A stretch of 64,000 bases of DNA from Clostridia bacterium (GCA_029066845.1 JAIEFR010000017.1:56805-120804); one strand, 5' to 3'; shown: positions 16,353 through 26,121, numbered from the stretch's first letter. The notes: generated from the sequence alone by a model not told the origin. Program-made: numbers and translations.

Positions 16353-16384
16353 AAGGCACGAACAAAAATGTTCGTGCCTTTTAT
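16353..16384 (+). terminator. Second plus-strand hairpin terminator
   Basis: aaggcacgaac-aaaaat-gttcgtgcctt followed by TTAT. Confidence 0.5.
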
Positions 16385-16395
16385 CAAAACTAATA

Positions 16396-16602
16396 CTATT
16401 CCTCAATACCGTCGGTTAATTCCTCAAAAGTGATTTCAAGCACTTTCAATATTTTTAAAATATTAAAAAGTGACGGTTCAACCTTATCGCACTCCCATTC
16501 GCTTACACGCTGCTGCGTTGTTTGCAATCGCTCGGCAAAGTCCTTTTGACTGATTTTATTATTTTTACGCGCAGATTTCAAATTCTGCCCAAACGTATTC
16601 AT
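16396..16602 (-). CDS. XRE-family HTH transcriptional regulator
   Basis: 68 aa. LKSARKNNKISQKDFAERLQTTQQRVSEWE is a classic Cro/C1-type HTH. Confidence 0.8.
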   Translation of the reverse strand: MNTFGQNLKSARKNNKISQKDFAERLQTTQQRVSEWECDKVEPSLFNILKILKVLEITFEELTDGIEE

Positions 16603-16635
16603 AAAAATATTTTACACTAAACGCCGTGTTTTTAT

Positions 16636-16664
16636 TTGACATACACTAAATTTAGTGTTATCTT
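16636..16664 (+). promoter_or_regulatory. Promoter with embedded 16-bp perfect palindrome (candidate XRE operator)
   Basis: TTGACA 16636-16641, 17-nt spacer containing acactaaatttagtgt (16643-16658), then TATCTT. A third half-site tacactaaa lies at about 16614. Confidence 0.5.
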
Positions 16665-16691
16665 GTTTAATAATATGAGGAGCACCTACTA

Positions 16692-17657
16692 ATGTTGAAA
16701 AAATTCTTAAGTTTTTTTGTTTTAATCTTATCCGTTTCAATTTCTCTTACCGTATTAGGCGGCTGCACTAACGCCACAAAAGATTACATATTTGAGCTGA
16801 AATTTCATAACAATTTTAAAATTATGCAACTCGCCGATATTCAAGTTGCGAACATTGATGCTTGCAACGAAGCTTTTGTTGAAATAGACAAGCTCGTCAA
16901 AAAAGAAAAGCCCGACCTCATCATACTTACCGGCGACAATTTGGAAGTACCGCAACACAGTAACGTTTTAGATACTTTGGTAGACAATATGGAAAGTTAT
17001 AATATACCGTGGGCTCCCGTATTTGGCAACCACGACGCCGAAGGCATTTTAACTAAGGATACAATGGCGGATAAGTTTATCGCTGCAAAAAATTGTATAT
17101 TTTATAAGCGCGAAGACGGGGTAGACGGCGTCGGTAATTACGTTATTAATCTAAAAGAAAGTGGGCACAAAACTGCTTACAGCTTATTTTTAATAGACAG
17201 CAATATGTACGATGGACAAGGCGGTTACGACTGGATACACACAAATCAAATCGAATGGTACGAACAAACAGTAAACTTTATAAAAGAGCAAAACGGTGAA
17301 AAAACTGTTCCATCACTCGCATTTTTTCATATCCCTGTACCGGAATTTGAAGATGCACGAATATCTTTTGAAAACGGCGAAAGTACAGGCTTTGGAACAT
17401 TTAGGGAAAGAATTTCCCCAGGCAGCATAAATTCCGGGTTTTTCAGCGTTGCAAAAGAACTTGGCAGCACTAAAGCCATTATTTGTGGACACGAACATAT
17501 AAATAACTGCGATATTCTTTATCAAGGTATACGACTTGTGTACGGACTAAAGTCTTCACGCTTTTCTTATTACAATGAGGACCTTTTAGGCGCAACAATA
17601 ATTACACTGTCATCCAGCGCTATTGATATTAGTAATTCTTATTTTGCTTCAATTTAA
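16692..17657 (+). CDS. Calcineurin-like metallophosphoesterase, predicted lipoprotein
   Basis: 321 aa. Signal peptide with LGGC lipobox. GDN, GNHD and GHEH metallophosphoesterase motifs. Confidence 0.8.
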   Translation: MLKKFLSFFVLILSVSISLTVLGGCTNATKDYIFELKFHNNFKIMQLADIQVANIDACNEAFVEIDKLVKKEKPDLIILTGDNLEVPQHSNVLDTLVDNMESYNIPWAPVFGNHDAEGILTKDTMADKFIAAKNCIFYKREDGVDGVGNYVINLKESGHKTAYSLFLIDSNMYDGQGGYDWIHTNQIEWYEQTVNFIKEQNGEKTVPSLAFFHIPVPEFEDARISFENGESTGFGTFRERISPGSINSGFFSVAKELGSTKAIICGHEHINNCDILYQGIRLVYGLKSSRFSYYNEDLLGATIITLSSSAIDISNSYFASI

Positions 17658-17677
17658 GTTACTACTTATACACTAAT

Positions 17678-17710
17678 AAGCCCCCGAAGCGGTACGCTTA
17701 GGGGGCTTTA
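17678..17710. terminator. Bidirectional hairpin between convergent genes
   Basis: aagccccc ... gggggctt stem with an inner aagcg/cgctt stem. Confidence 0.5.
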
Positions 17711-17717
17711 ATTATCT

Positions 17718-18182
17718 TTAATTCAAAATCCATAATGCCAAATTTAGCGTCGTTGCAATACTAAGCCAAATGGGATATATACTTAAAATATAGCCGTAAA
17801 TCTTATTATAATTTATAATGTCAACGATTAACGCAAAACCCACAATCAAATTCAGCAGTATTACTATATTTCCCAAAAACAGCTGTTTTAAAGTGAAAAA
17901 CGTTAAACACCACAGTACGTTTAAAACCGCATTTATCAGCATTAAAACGATTGTAGAAGTCGGTATATCATCATCTTTATACCAGATAAAAATGATAACG
18001 CCGAAAGTTACATAAACAACCGACCATACGATGGGAATAACGAAATTCGGCAACCACTGAGTCGGCTTTTTTAATGCGTTAAACCAATCCATACCCAGGT
18101 TCACAAATAAGCTTCCCAAACCTGCAACCAATGCAATTATAACAAACGAAACTACGATTTTTTTAATTTGACTCTTTTCCAT
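17718..18182 (-). CDS. tspO: TspO/MBR family tryptophan-rich sensory protein
   Basis: 154 aa with five TM segments. WFNALKKPTQWLPNFVIPIVWSVVY matches the TspO signature region. Confidence 0.85.
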   Translation of the reverse strand: MEKSQIKKIVVSFVIIALVAGLGSLFVNLGMDWFNALKKPTQWLPNFVIPIVWSVVYVTFGVIIFIWYKDDDIPTSTIVLMLINAVLNVLWCLTFFTLKQLFLGNIVILLNLIVGFALIVDIINYNKIYGYILSIYPIWLSIATTLNLALWILN

Positions 18183-18270
18183 ACCTATTAAAATATAGTT
18201 ATTTCCGCAAAAAAATATACAATTAGAGCAACAAAAAACGGGGCAAATTAAAACCCCGTCTGTTCGCCGT

Positions 18271-18975
18271 TTATTTAACGCCGTAAAAATATTTGAGAAT
18301 TTCTCCTGCCGCAGGATAATTTAAACGCTTTATCTCCTCTACCACTTCATTCACGTCATATGTCTCGTCAACACATTCCAAATTGATTTTTTCCTTATTT
18401 ATGTTAAGAATTGCTCCCCTTGCAATATTTTTGTCATCTTCGGGGCAACCGCAGGAACCGACGTTTATGTACAATTTTTTATCGGATTGACAGATAAGCC
18501 TTTTATGGTCGTGCCCGTAGCAAATTATTTCGCCGTCAACTTCCGAAAATAACTCATCCAAATCATTCTTTGTCGGATTTTTTACAAACCCGTACCTGTT
18601 TTCGCTATCGACCGCATAGTGCAAAACCGATAGCGTATGCCCTTCGACGGTTATTTCCGCTTTCTGAGGCAACGCTTTTAAAAAAATTATCGAGGATTCA
18701 GAGAGAAGCGACTTAATCCACAAGTGATGCAACTTCTCACTCTCCGTTATTTTATCCGGTATCCCTCTGAACTGGTAATGGTCGTGGTTTCCGCGGACAC
18801 AAATAAGATTGGGAAGCGACATCATATATTGAACGGTTTGCTCCGGATAAGGTCCGATGCCTATTATATCACCGCAACATATAATTACATCGCACTTTTC
18901 CGTGTTGAACCTTTGAATAATTTTGTCTAAAGCTACAACGTTGCTGTGAACGTCGGTAATTATTCCGATTTTCAT
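18271..18975 (-). CDS. Metallophosphoesterase family protein (YfcE/ApaH-like)
   Basis: 234 aa. ITDVHSN, CCGDIIG, VRGNHD, GHDH motifs. Confidence 0.8.
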   Translation of the reverse strand: MKIGIITDVHSNVVALDKIIQRFNTEKCDVIICCGDIIGIGPYPEQTVQYMMSLPNLICVRGNHDHYQFRGIPDKITESEKLHHLWIKSLLSESSIIFLKALPQKAEITVEGHTLSVLHYAVDSENRYGFVKNPTKNDLDELFSEVDGEIICYGHDHKRLICQSDKKLYINVGSCGCPEDDKNIARGAILNINKEKINLECVDETYDVNEVVEEIKRLNYPAAGEILKYFYGVK

Positions 18976-19012
18976 TGTTTTATTATATCCTAATGCAAAA
19001 AGTAATGCTGTA

Positions 19013-19702
19013 CTACCGTATTTTGGAATTTAACTTGTAAGTAATTATTCCGTCAAGCAAGGTCACACACAACACCAGGCAGGACACCACGGTTACGCCG
19101 ATTGCCCCATTTATACGGACAAAAACTTCGCCGAAGCCGCTGTTCGGAAGTCCAAGCCAGAACAACAGCAAAAACACGATTCCGAGCAAAATTTCCATTC
19201 CCCATACAAATATAAATCTCTTTTTGAAAGTACTCCTTTTAATACTCACTAAAAGATTCATACCTGCCGCATAGGTAACACAGAAAAATGCAAAGAAGCA
19301 GGCGCAGATAATCGAAACAAAGCCCGACGAAGAGACCTTTTCCGCTTGATTGGGGTTTTTCGGGTTTACGTAAATTTCCGTAGACGAACCTATCGTACCG
19401 CGTTTGATAGACCTATGCCCCACTCTGTCCGTTAACGTGTGCTCCTGCCCCTCAAACGTGTAAGAGATGATAAGGTAATAATCCGTGCGCGAAGCACTGT
19501 GAACGCCATTCGAACTGTGATGTGTGTCTACACCGATAACCGTGCCTGTCGTTCTTACGTAATTCAATTCGAAATCACGCATCCTTGCCGTGTGCCACGC
19601 AAAAAAACCGATAAAGACAAGAAACAGCGCAAGAGATATTGACAGAAATATAATTGCCGGCTTTCCTTTTTCTTCATCTATCCAGATATTACTTTTGCTC
19701 AT
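19013..19702 (-). CDS. DUF3592-like membrane protein
   Basis: 229 aa. An N-terminal TM, then a GTVIGV...YLIISYTFEGQEH beta-rich segment, then C-terminal TMs. Family assigned from memory. Confidence 0.55.
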   Translation of the reverse strand: MSKSNIWIDEEKGKPAIIFLSISLALFLVFIGFFAWHTARMRDFELNYVRTTGTVIGVDTHHSSNGVHSASRTDYYLIISYTFEGQEHTLTDRVGHRSIKRGTIGSSTEIYVNPKNPNQAEKVSSSGFVSIICACFFAFFCVTYAAGMNLLVSIKRSTFKKRFIFVWGMEILLGIVFLLLFWLGLPNSGFGEVFVRINGAIGVTVVSCLVLCVTLLDGIITYKLNSKIR

Positions 19703-19872
19703 TTTAATACGTCATCCGATTCGCTCTATATTATGCAATTAAAATTATAGTCCGTTCGGCTTACAATGTCAAATAACGATTTTTTAAATGATTTATGCAT
19801 TTTTGCGGTGCTTCAGTCATATTATTTTGTAAAGTAACAAAGACAAAAAATCTATTATAGGAGATATAATCT

Positions 19873-20106
19873 ATGGACAAGAACATCACAAGCACACCCG
19901 CACCTGCAACACAGGCACCTACCAAAGAAGAACTCTGCGGCTCGGTAAACATCCTTGACACCACCCACCTCAAGAACTTGGTGGATGACCTTTCCAAGCT
20001 TTACAGCACGTCCGTTTGCACGAAGGTTGCAAGAGATACGAAAATCGCGTCCGAAAAGCGCCTTATCGAAGCAATCCGCGCAAATCTCGACCGCTACGAA
20101 GGCTAA
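19873..20106 (+). CDS. Hypothetical 77-aa protein
   Basis: AGGAG lies 8 nt upstream of the ATG. Preferred over the overlapping minus ORF 19761-19997, which has no RBS. Confidence 0.45.
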   Translation: MDKNITSTPAPATQAPTKEELCGSVNILDTTHLKNLVDDLSKLYSTSVCTKVARDTKIASEKRLIEAIRANLDRYEG

Positions 20107-20128
20107 TCAGTTTAATCCGCAAACAACA

Positions 20129-20163
20129 AAGCCCTTAAACGGAATATCCGTTTAAGGGCTTTT
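20129..20163. terminator. Bidirectional rho-independent terminator
   Basis: 14-bp stem aagcccttaaacgg-aatat-ccgtttaagggctt, flanked by an A-run and a T-run, between convergent genes. Confidence 0.8.
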
Positions 20164-20177
20164 CCTATTTAAAATAA

Positions 20178-21041
20178 TTAAAACATTACGAGAAGGAAGC
20201 CTGCTATTACGCCCAGGAAAAGGGCGAACGCGGGCAGTTTGCTGCGCCACATCAATATGGATTCGGGCAACAGTTCGCCGAATACAACGTACAGCATCGC
20301 GCCGCTTGCAAAGCCCAGAGAAAGCACCAGCATTATATCGTTAATGCCGCCGAGTGCAAAACCGAGCAACGCGCCGAACACCGTGGGCAGACCGCTGAGC
20401 GCGGTAAGCCCCACCGCCTTGGGCTTTTTCATTCCGCCCGAAATGAGCGGCACCGACACCGCCATACCCTCGGGCACATTGTGCAAGCCTATCACGATTG
20501 CCATAATAAAGCCGCTGCCCGTAAACAGGTCGGTCATCACGTCCGAAGTTGCGTAGGAGGCGCCTATAACCATACCCTCGGGCAGGTTGTGCAGCGCTAT
20601 CGCAAACATCATTACAAGCCCCGCAACAAACAGATTGGACTTCGAATCCTTGTGCGTTTCGTAGTGGTTGGAATGGATAAGCTCGTCCAGATCGTCCGCC
20701 GTTGCAGGATGGTTTTCGTCGATATGCTTGACTTCGTGATTGGTCTTTTTGTCGATAAAATAGTTGAGCGCATACACCACGCCGTAGCCCACGGCGACGG
20801 CGGCAACGACGATTAACGGCGTAAGTTTGAGCATCGTACTTTCTTCCGCCCTCATCATTTCAATCGGCTGGCTCATCAAATCGAAGCAGACGACGGCAAG
20901 CATTATGCCCGCGGCGAACGACAAGAGCAGGCTGACGATTTTACGCGAATCGCGTTTCATAACCGCGCCAACTACTCCGCCGAGTCCCGTGCCGACCACA
21001 CCCGAAATGAAAGTTATCAGAGCTATTACCAGATAATCCAT
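20178..21041 (-). CDS. ZIP-family divalent metal transporter (ZupT-like)
   Basis: Multi-TM with HNLPEGM and HNVPEGMAV motifs typical of ZIP/ZupT. ATG at 21041 (MDYLVIAL...) is preferred over the TTG at 21077. Confidence 0.85.
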   Translation of the reverse strand: MDYLVIALITFISGVVGTGLGGVVGAVMKRDSRKIVSLLLSFAAGIMLAVVCFDLMSQPIEMMRAEESTMLKLTPLIVVAAVAVGYGVVYALNYFIDKKTNHEVKHIDENHPATADDLDELIHSNHYETHKDSKSNLFVAGLVMMFAIALHNLPEGMVIGASYATSDVMTDLFTGSGFIMAIVIGLHNVPEGMAVSVPLISGGMKKPKAVGLTALSGLPTVFGALLGFALGGINDIMLVLSLGFASGAMLYVVFGELLPESILMWRSKLPAFALFLGVIAGFLLVMF

Positions 21042-21194
21042 AGCAACTATTATAAGCACGAATGCGCAATAAAGCAAGCGTATACCGTGCCGTTTTTAAT
21101 TTATGTAAGTTGATTATTTGCCGCCTTAAAAGTTGACTTGCGTTCTGAAAGCGTGTATTATTAAAACCGAATTAAATTGACGGAAGAATTTATT

Positions 21195-22346
21195 ATGTTT
21201 AACGTAACCGAAGACATTAAATACGTAGGCGTAGACGACCTTGACATTGACCTTTTCGAGGGTCAGTATAAGGTCCCGCACGGCGTTTCTTACAACTCGT
21301 ACGTGTGCACGGACCAAAAGATTGCGGTGTTCGACACCGTTGATATACGCAAGGCTGACGAGTGGCTTAAAAACGTGGAAAGCGCGTTGAACGGCGCGCA
21401 GCCCGACTACCTTATAGTTTCGCACGTGGAGCCCGACCATTCGGCAAGCATACCCGCTTTCCTTAAAAAATACCCGTCGGCAACCGTCGTTGGCAACGAA
21501 AAAACCTTTATACTGATTAAGAGATTTTACGGCGACATAGTTACAAACAAGCTGACCGTTAAGGATGGCGACGAGCTGGACCTTGGCAAGCACAAAATAA
21601 CCTTCGTGTTCGCGCCTATGGTGCACTGGCCCGAAGTTATGATGTCCTATGATAAAACCGACGGCATACTGTTTTCCGCGGACGGCTTCGGCAAATTCGG
21701 TGCGCTTTCGCACAACGAGTCCTGGCTGGACGAAGCGAGAAGATATTTCATAAACATTGTCGGCAAATACGGCGTTCCCGTTCAGGGCATTTTGAAAAAG
21801 GCTTCCACGCTGAAAATAAACGCAATCTGCCCCCTCCACGGTCCCGTGCTGAAAGAGGACCTGGGATATTACTTAGGCAAATACGACCTGTGGAGTTCGT
21901 ACACGCCCGAGGAAGACGGCGTTCTGATTGCTTACGCCTCGGTGTACGGCAATACCGCAACCGCCGCAAAAAAGCTTGCCGAGCTGTTGCAGGCGCGCGG
22001 CGTTAAGGCAGAGGTTGCCGATTTGAACCGCTGCGATACGGCTGAGGCGATTGCAAACGCGTTCAAGTACTCCAAGCTGGTTATGGCAAGCATCACCTAC
22101 GATGGCGGCGTTATGCCCTGCGCGGATGCGTTTATAAACAAGCTGAAAGTAAAAAATTACAGCAACCGCACGGTTGGCTTTATCCAGAACGGAAGCTGGG
22201 CGCCCATTTCGGCTAAGCTTATGCGTACGGCTTTCGAAAGCTTTAAGAACGTATCCTTCTGCGAAACTGCGGTAACCGTAAATTCCGCTGTTGACGGCGC
22301 GGCGATTGCTCAGCTTGAAGAGCTGGCGGCAGAGCTTGCAAAGTAA
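21195..22346 (+). CDS. Flavodiiron protein (FprA-type; metallo-beta-lactamase-like + flavodoxin domains)
   Basis: SHVEPDHS di-iron motif in the N-domain. The C-terminal flavodoxin-like domain begins VLIAYASVYGNT. ATG 21195 is preferred to the track TTG 21177. Confidence 0.85.
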   Translation: MFNVTEDIKYVGVDDLDIDLFEGQYKVPHGVSYNSYVCTDQKIAVFDTVDIRKADEWLKNVESALNGAQPDYLIVSHVEPDHSASIPAFLKKYPSATVVGNEKTFILIKRFYGDIVTNKLTVKDGDELDLGKHKITFVFAPMVHWPEVMMSYDKTDGILFSADGFGKFGALSHNESWLDEARRYFINIVGKYGVPVQGILKKASTLKINAICPLHGPVLKEDLGYYLGKYDLWSSYTPEEDGVLIAYASVYGNTATAAKKLAELLQARGVKAEVADLNRCDTAEAIANAFKYSKLVMASITYDGGVMPCADAFINKLKVKNYSNRTVGFIQNGSWAPISAKLMRTAFESFKNVSFCETAVTVNSAVDGAAIAQLEELAAELAK

Positions 22347-22360
22347 AACAAGAAGAAATT

Positions 22361-22397
22361 AAGCGGGGCGGACTTTTTAAAAGTCCGCCCCGCTTCC
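22361..22397. terminator. Bidirectional terminator between fprA-like and ABC permease genes
   Basis: gcggggcggactttt / aaaagtccgccccgc, a near-perfect palindrome. Confidence 0.75.
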
Positions 22398-22410
22398 GTT
22401 TTATTAAGTA

Positions 22411-24345
22411 CTACTCTATTGCTTTTAATGATTCGTTCATATCTATTTTAATTATTTTGCGGCGCAGAAGCAGCGTTACGAACGCGGTGAACGCCAACAC
22501 GACAAACGGCGCAATGAGCCACACGAACCAGCTTACGCCGCCCAGCGTGCCCATTCCCATAACGCCGAACACCGCCCATATGAGCAGCGCAGACAGCGGA
22601 TAGCCGAAAAGTATGCCGACTGCGGTATCTATATACACTTCGCGGTAGATATATCCCGCCACCTCGCGGTCGTGATAGCCCAGAACCATCAGCGTTGCGA
22701 TTTCGCGGTTGCGCTCGCTTATGTTGATGTTTGTAAGCGTGTATATGACCACTGCTGTCAGAAGCCCTGCAAACACTACCACCACCACGGCAACCGCCAT
22801 TACCGACGGCGAGTTTATGCCGTGGAACAGGCACAGATCCAGAAGCGCAAGCCCCGCAAGCACCAGAGCCGTCGAGAACGCGACGGCAATAACCGTCATT
22901 AAAAAGCGGCTCATATACCGCAGAACGTTGCGCGTAGTTGACTTGTACTTGAACGAAAGTAAATTCCAGATGAACGGTATGCGTTCCAGAAAGACCTTTT
23001 TGCCCGCTTTGGGAGCTTTGGGGCGCAGCAGGTTGGCAGGCTTATCCGCCGTCAGCTTGTGCCCTGCAAGCACAGTTGAAATAAGCGTGACGAGCACTAT
23101 TCCGAAGAACACCGCAAGATAGAACCACAGCGTTATTCTGGGCGTCATAGGCGGCATTGTAAACGAATAGTTGAACACCACGTACAGAAGGGTTGCAACG
23201 CCCATTTCCACGAAGTACGCCCCGACTCCGCCGATACCGCAGCCTATCATTGCAAACAGCGCGTACTTGAAAATTATTCGCCACGAAGGATAGCCGAGAG
23301 TGCTCAGGCACGCAACCTGCGCGCGTTCCTCCTCTATTAGTCTTGTCATTGTGGAAAGAACGACGAGCGCGGTGACAAGCAGGAAGGCAATCATTAAAAC
23401 TATGCAGATGCCGCGCACCTTTGCGCCGTATGATACGAGCGCGTTGAAACTGTAATTGTCGTAAAGCGTAAGAGCGCGCACGTTTTCGTCCCCGCCAAGC
23501 ATTTCCGTGAGTGCGCTCTGCTCTCCGTCAAGATAGGATTTATATTCCTTGCCGAACGCATTGAAAACGTTGCGGTTGTCCAGAGCCACGTACAAATCGC
23601 CCTTGGGAAGAAGCTTTTGCGAAAACACCGTGGGCACGATATCAAACGGCAAATACAAAATGTTATCGACCGTAATCAACTCGTTTACGGCGTTTATATT
23701 GTCGGGTATTTCCACGTCCTCGCCGTTTTTATAGCTCGGCTCGCCGTCCACGCCGAATGTCAGGGGCGAAAGCACGGTCTTGGTTACCGTGACCGTTTTC
23801 GTGAGCATTTTATCGGGTATTGCCGTAAGTACAGGCGGCGTTCCCCCGTCCGCAAGCTGCGTCAAAATATCCTTGAAATTCAGCTCTATCTGCGTGCCGA
23901 GCGGAACACCCTTTATCTTGTTGTCCCCCTCCTCCGCGCAGATTTTTATATCCGCCTCGACGTCCTCTTTTACTTCGCGCTCGGTCTGCCTGTTGACCGT
24001 CTGTTCGCCGTCGAAAAAGTATAATCTTACAAGCTGTGTTTCGCCGTCTATCTCTATTTCGGCGTCCAGCGACATACCGACGTTGACGTTGTTCTCGCCG
24101 TATCTCGCCTTGACCTCGTCAATTTCCGACTGCGAAAAACCTCCGTCCTTCTTACTCTTGATTATAAAGTCGCTGACGTTCTGCGCGCGGTAATAGTCGG
24201 TGAGAGAATAATTGATTTTGTCTACCGCACTGCCTATGCCCGCAATAAAACCGACGCTGATTACAACCATAAAGATTATGGACAACAGGCGCGTGAAGTG
24301 CTTTTTAAAGACACGGAGCAGCGTTTTTAAATAAGTTTTCACCAC
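22411..24345 (-). CDS. ABC transporter permease, FtsX/MacB-type
   Basis: 644 aa. An N-terminal TM, a large extracytoplasmic domain, then FtsX-like TM bundles. Overlaps the upstream ATPase gene by 7 nt. Confidence 0.85.
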   Translation of the reverse strand: MVKTYLKTLLRVFKKHFTRLLSIIFMVVISVGFIAGIGSAVDKINYSLTDYYRAQNVSDFIIKSKKDGGFSQSEIDEVKARYGENNVNVGMSLDAEIEIDGETQLVRLYFFDGEQTVNRQTEREVKEDVEADIKICAEEGDNKIKGVPLGTQIELNFKDILTQLADGGTPPVLTAIPDKMLTKTVTVTKTVLSPLTFGVDGEPSYKNGEDVEIPDNINAVNELITVDNILYLPFDIVPTVFSQKLLPKGDLYVALDNRNVFNAFGKEYKSYLDGEQSALTEMLGGDENVRALTLYDNYSFNALVSYGAKVRGICIVLMIAFLLVTALVVLSTMTRLIEEERAQVACLSTLGYPSWRIIFKYALFAMIGCGIGGVGAYFVEMGVATLLYVVFNYSFTMPPMTPRITLWFYLAVFFGIVLVTLISTVLAGHKLTADKPANLLRPKAPKAGKKVFLERIPFIWNLLSFKYKSTTRNVLRYMSRFLMTVIAVAFSTALVLAGLALLDLCLFHGINSPSVMAVAVVVVVFAGLLTAVVIYTLTNINISERNREIATLMVLGYHDREVAGYIYREVYIDTAVGILFGYPLSALLIWAVFGVMGMGTLGGVSWFVWLIAPFVVLAFTAFVTLLLRRKIIKIDMNESLKAIE

Positions 24346-25040
24346 TCAATCTCCTCAATCGGTCGGGGATTTGAGTTGATTTCCATACTCTCTATGCGGC
24401 CGCTCTTTATGTGGAGCACCTTGTCCGCCATATCCTTGAGCGCGGCGTTGTGCGTAACAATTATTACAGGCTTTTTCTGCTGCTTGGAAACATCGTGCAA
24501 AAGCTTTAAAATGTGCTTGCCAGTCACGTAGTCGAGCGCGCCCGTAGGCTCGTCGCAGAGCAGCAATTTGGGGTTTTTAGCCATTGCGCGCGCAATGGAA
24601 ACGCGCTGCTGCTCGCCGCCCGAAAGCTGTGCGGGGAAGTTGTTCAGCCTCTCGCCCAGTCCCACTTCGGTGAGTACGGTTGCGGGGTCGAGGGCGTTCT
24701 TGCAAATCTCCACCGCTATTTCCACGTTTTCCAGCGCGGTGAGGTTGGGCATAAGGTTATAGAACTGAAAGACGAAACCGACGTCGTTGCGGCGGTATTC
24801 TGTAAGTCCGCGCTTGTTCAGCTTGGTTACGTCTTTGCCGTCAAGCACGATTTCGCCGGACGTAGCGCAGTCCATACCGCCCAAAAGATTCAAAAGCGTA
24901 GTCTTGCCCGCGCCGGAAGAACCTAGCACCACGGTAAATTCGCCGTCCTCGAGGTCGAACGATACGTCCTTTAAAGCCTCCACCTCGATTTCACCCGTGC
25001 GGTAGCATTTGTTCACGTTTTTTAGCGACAGATAACTCAT
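24339..25040 (-). CDS. ABC transporter ATP-binding protein (MacB/LolD-like)
   Basis: GSSGAGKTT Walker A, LSGGEQQR signature, LLLCDEPTG Walker B. ATG 25040 (MSYLSLKNV) is preferred to the extended track start. Confidence 0.9.
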   Translation of the reverse strand: MSYLSLKNVNKCYRTGEIEVEALKDVSFDLEDGEFTVVLGSSGAGKTTLLNLLGGMDCATSGEIVLDGKDVTKLNKRGLTEYRRNDVGFVFQFYNLMPNLTALENVEIAVEICKNALDPATVLTEVGLGERLNNFPAQLSGGEQQRVSIARAMAKNPKLLLCDEPTGALDYVTGKHILKLLHDVSKQQKKPVIIVTHNAALKDMADKVLHIKSGRIESMEINSNPRPIEEIEW

Positions 25041-25113
25041 AATTTCATCCTGAAGTAATATTGAATTTATTTTATCACACAAAAACGGCAAACGCAAGGC
25101 AGGTATGCGCCCT

Positions 25114-25452
25114 TCAATCAATATCTATTATTTTGTCGTCTTTTTTGCTTTTAAGCTTTCTTAAACCCACTAAAATTGCGGTTACTATAAAAATGATGAG
25201 CAACGCAAGCACGCCCGCACCGACAGACACCAGCACTATGCCCGCAATGTGTAAACTTCCGCCGACGATTAAGAACGCAATGCCCGTGCCCAGGCAGCCC
25301 AGAATTACGCTGCATACGATAACAAGCAGCACATTGCACAGAACGGTGTGCCGCTTTTTCCGTTTGCCTTCCAACTGAGGATTTCCGCCCATTTTCTGAA
25401 AGGCGATATATAAAATCTGCAATAAAACTTCAATTAAATCTTCCATAATCAA
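25114..25452 (-). CDS. Small membrane protein, unknown function
   Basis: 112 aa with 2-3 TM segments. ATGA overlap with the upstream carbonic anhydrase gene. Confidence 0.5.
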   Translation of the reverse strand: MIMEDLIEVLLQILYIAFQKMGGNPQLEGKRKKRHTVLCNVLLVIVCSVILGCLGTGIAFLIVGGSLHIAGIVLVSVGAGVLALLIIFIVTAILVGLRKLKSKKDDKIIDID

Positions 25453-26009
25453 ATATCCAAACCGAAGTCAACAACGCCGCTTTCGGTGTTATACAGCGCG
25501 CCCTTTATTTGCAGGTCTTCGGAATTGCCTATAAGTTGCCGTATTTTATTAACGCTCTGCTTTACGTTGAGAATACTTGCTTTTACTGCGTCCGTTTCCA
25601 GACCGATAGCGCGCCTTATTTCGTCGGTTATGAACCTGACAAACCCGCCGTTTTCCTTTGCGGCTGCGCCGACCGCACCGCACTGCGTATGCCCCAGCAC
25701 GACAACCAGCTTACAACTGAGGTGCTCCACTGCGTACTCTATGCTGCCGAGCTGATGATTGTCGATGACGTTGCCGGCAACGCGTATTACGAACAAATCG
25801 CCTATACCCGCCGAAAAAATACATTCGGGAATTACGCGCGAATCCGAACAGCTTATAATTACGGCGTACGGTTTTTGTCCGTTTTTGCTTGTATAAAGCC
25901 GCTTTTCGGGCGAAATGTCGCCCGCGCCTTTAGCCGAATTTATGTAAACTTTATTTCCCGCCTTCAGCCGTTCCAACGCGTCGAAAGCATTTTGATTTTT
26001 CTCTTGCAT
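25449..26009 (-). CDS. Beta-class carbonic anhydrase
   Basis: CSDSRV and GHTQCGAV zinc-ligand motifs. Start uncertain (ATG 26009 preferred; the ORF is open to 26075). Confidence 0.85.
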   Translation of the reverse strand: MQEKNQNAFDALERLKAGNKVYINSAKGAGDISPEKRLYTSKNGQKPYAVIISCSDSRVIPECIFSAGIGDLFVIRVAGNVIDNHQLGSIEYAVEHLSCKLVVVLGHTQCGAVGAAAKENGGFVRFITDEIRRAIGLETDAVKASILNVKQSVNKIRQLIGNSEDLQIKGALYNTESGVVDFGLDI

Positions 26010-26073
26010 ACCGTTTGCCTTTTTGTTAGGATACATAAATTTTAGCATTATCCCTGTCGGTTTGTCAATACGC

Positions 26074-26105
26074 AAAAAGCCCGCGCGGCTTACCGCCGCG
26101 CGGGC
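26074..26105 (-). terminator. Terminator of ppdK
   Basis: gcccgcgcggc-ttacc-gccgcgcgggc. On the minus strand it is followed by TTTTT. Confidence 0.75.
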
Positions 26106-26121
26106 TCTTATATACTTTTAA

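Noticed and set aside
19761-19997. 78-aa minus-strand ORF
   Set aside because: It overlaps the plus-strand 77-aa ORF, which has an AGGAG RBS and a downstream terminator. The minus ORF has neither.
21126-21839. 237-aa minus-strand ORF
   Set aside because: It is antisense to the flavodiiron protein gene, which has clear motifs, so it is a shadow frame.
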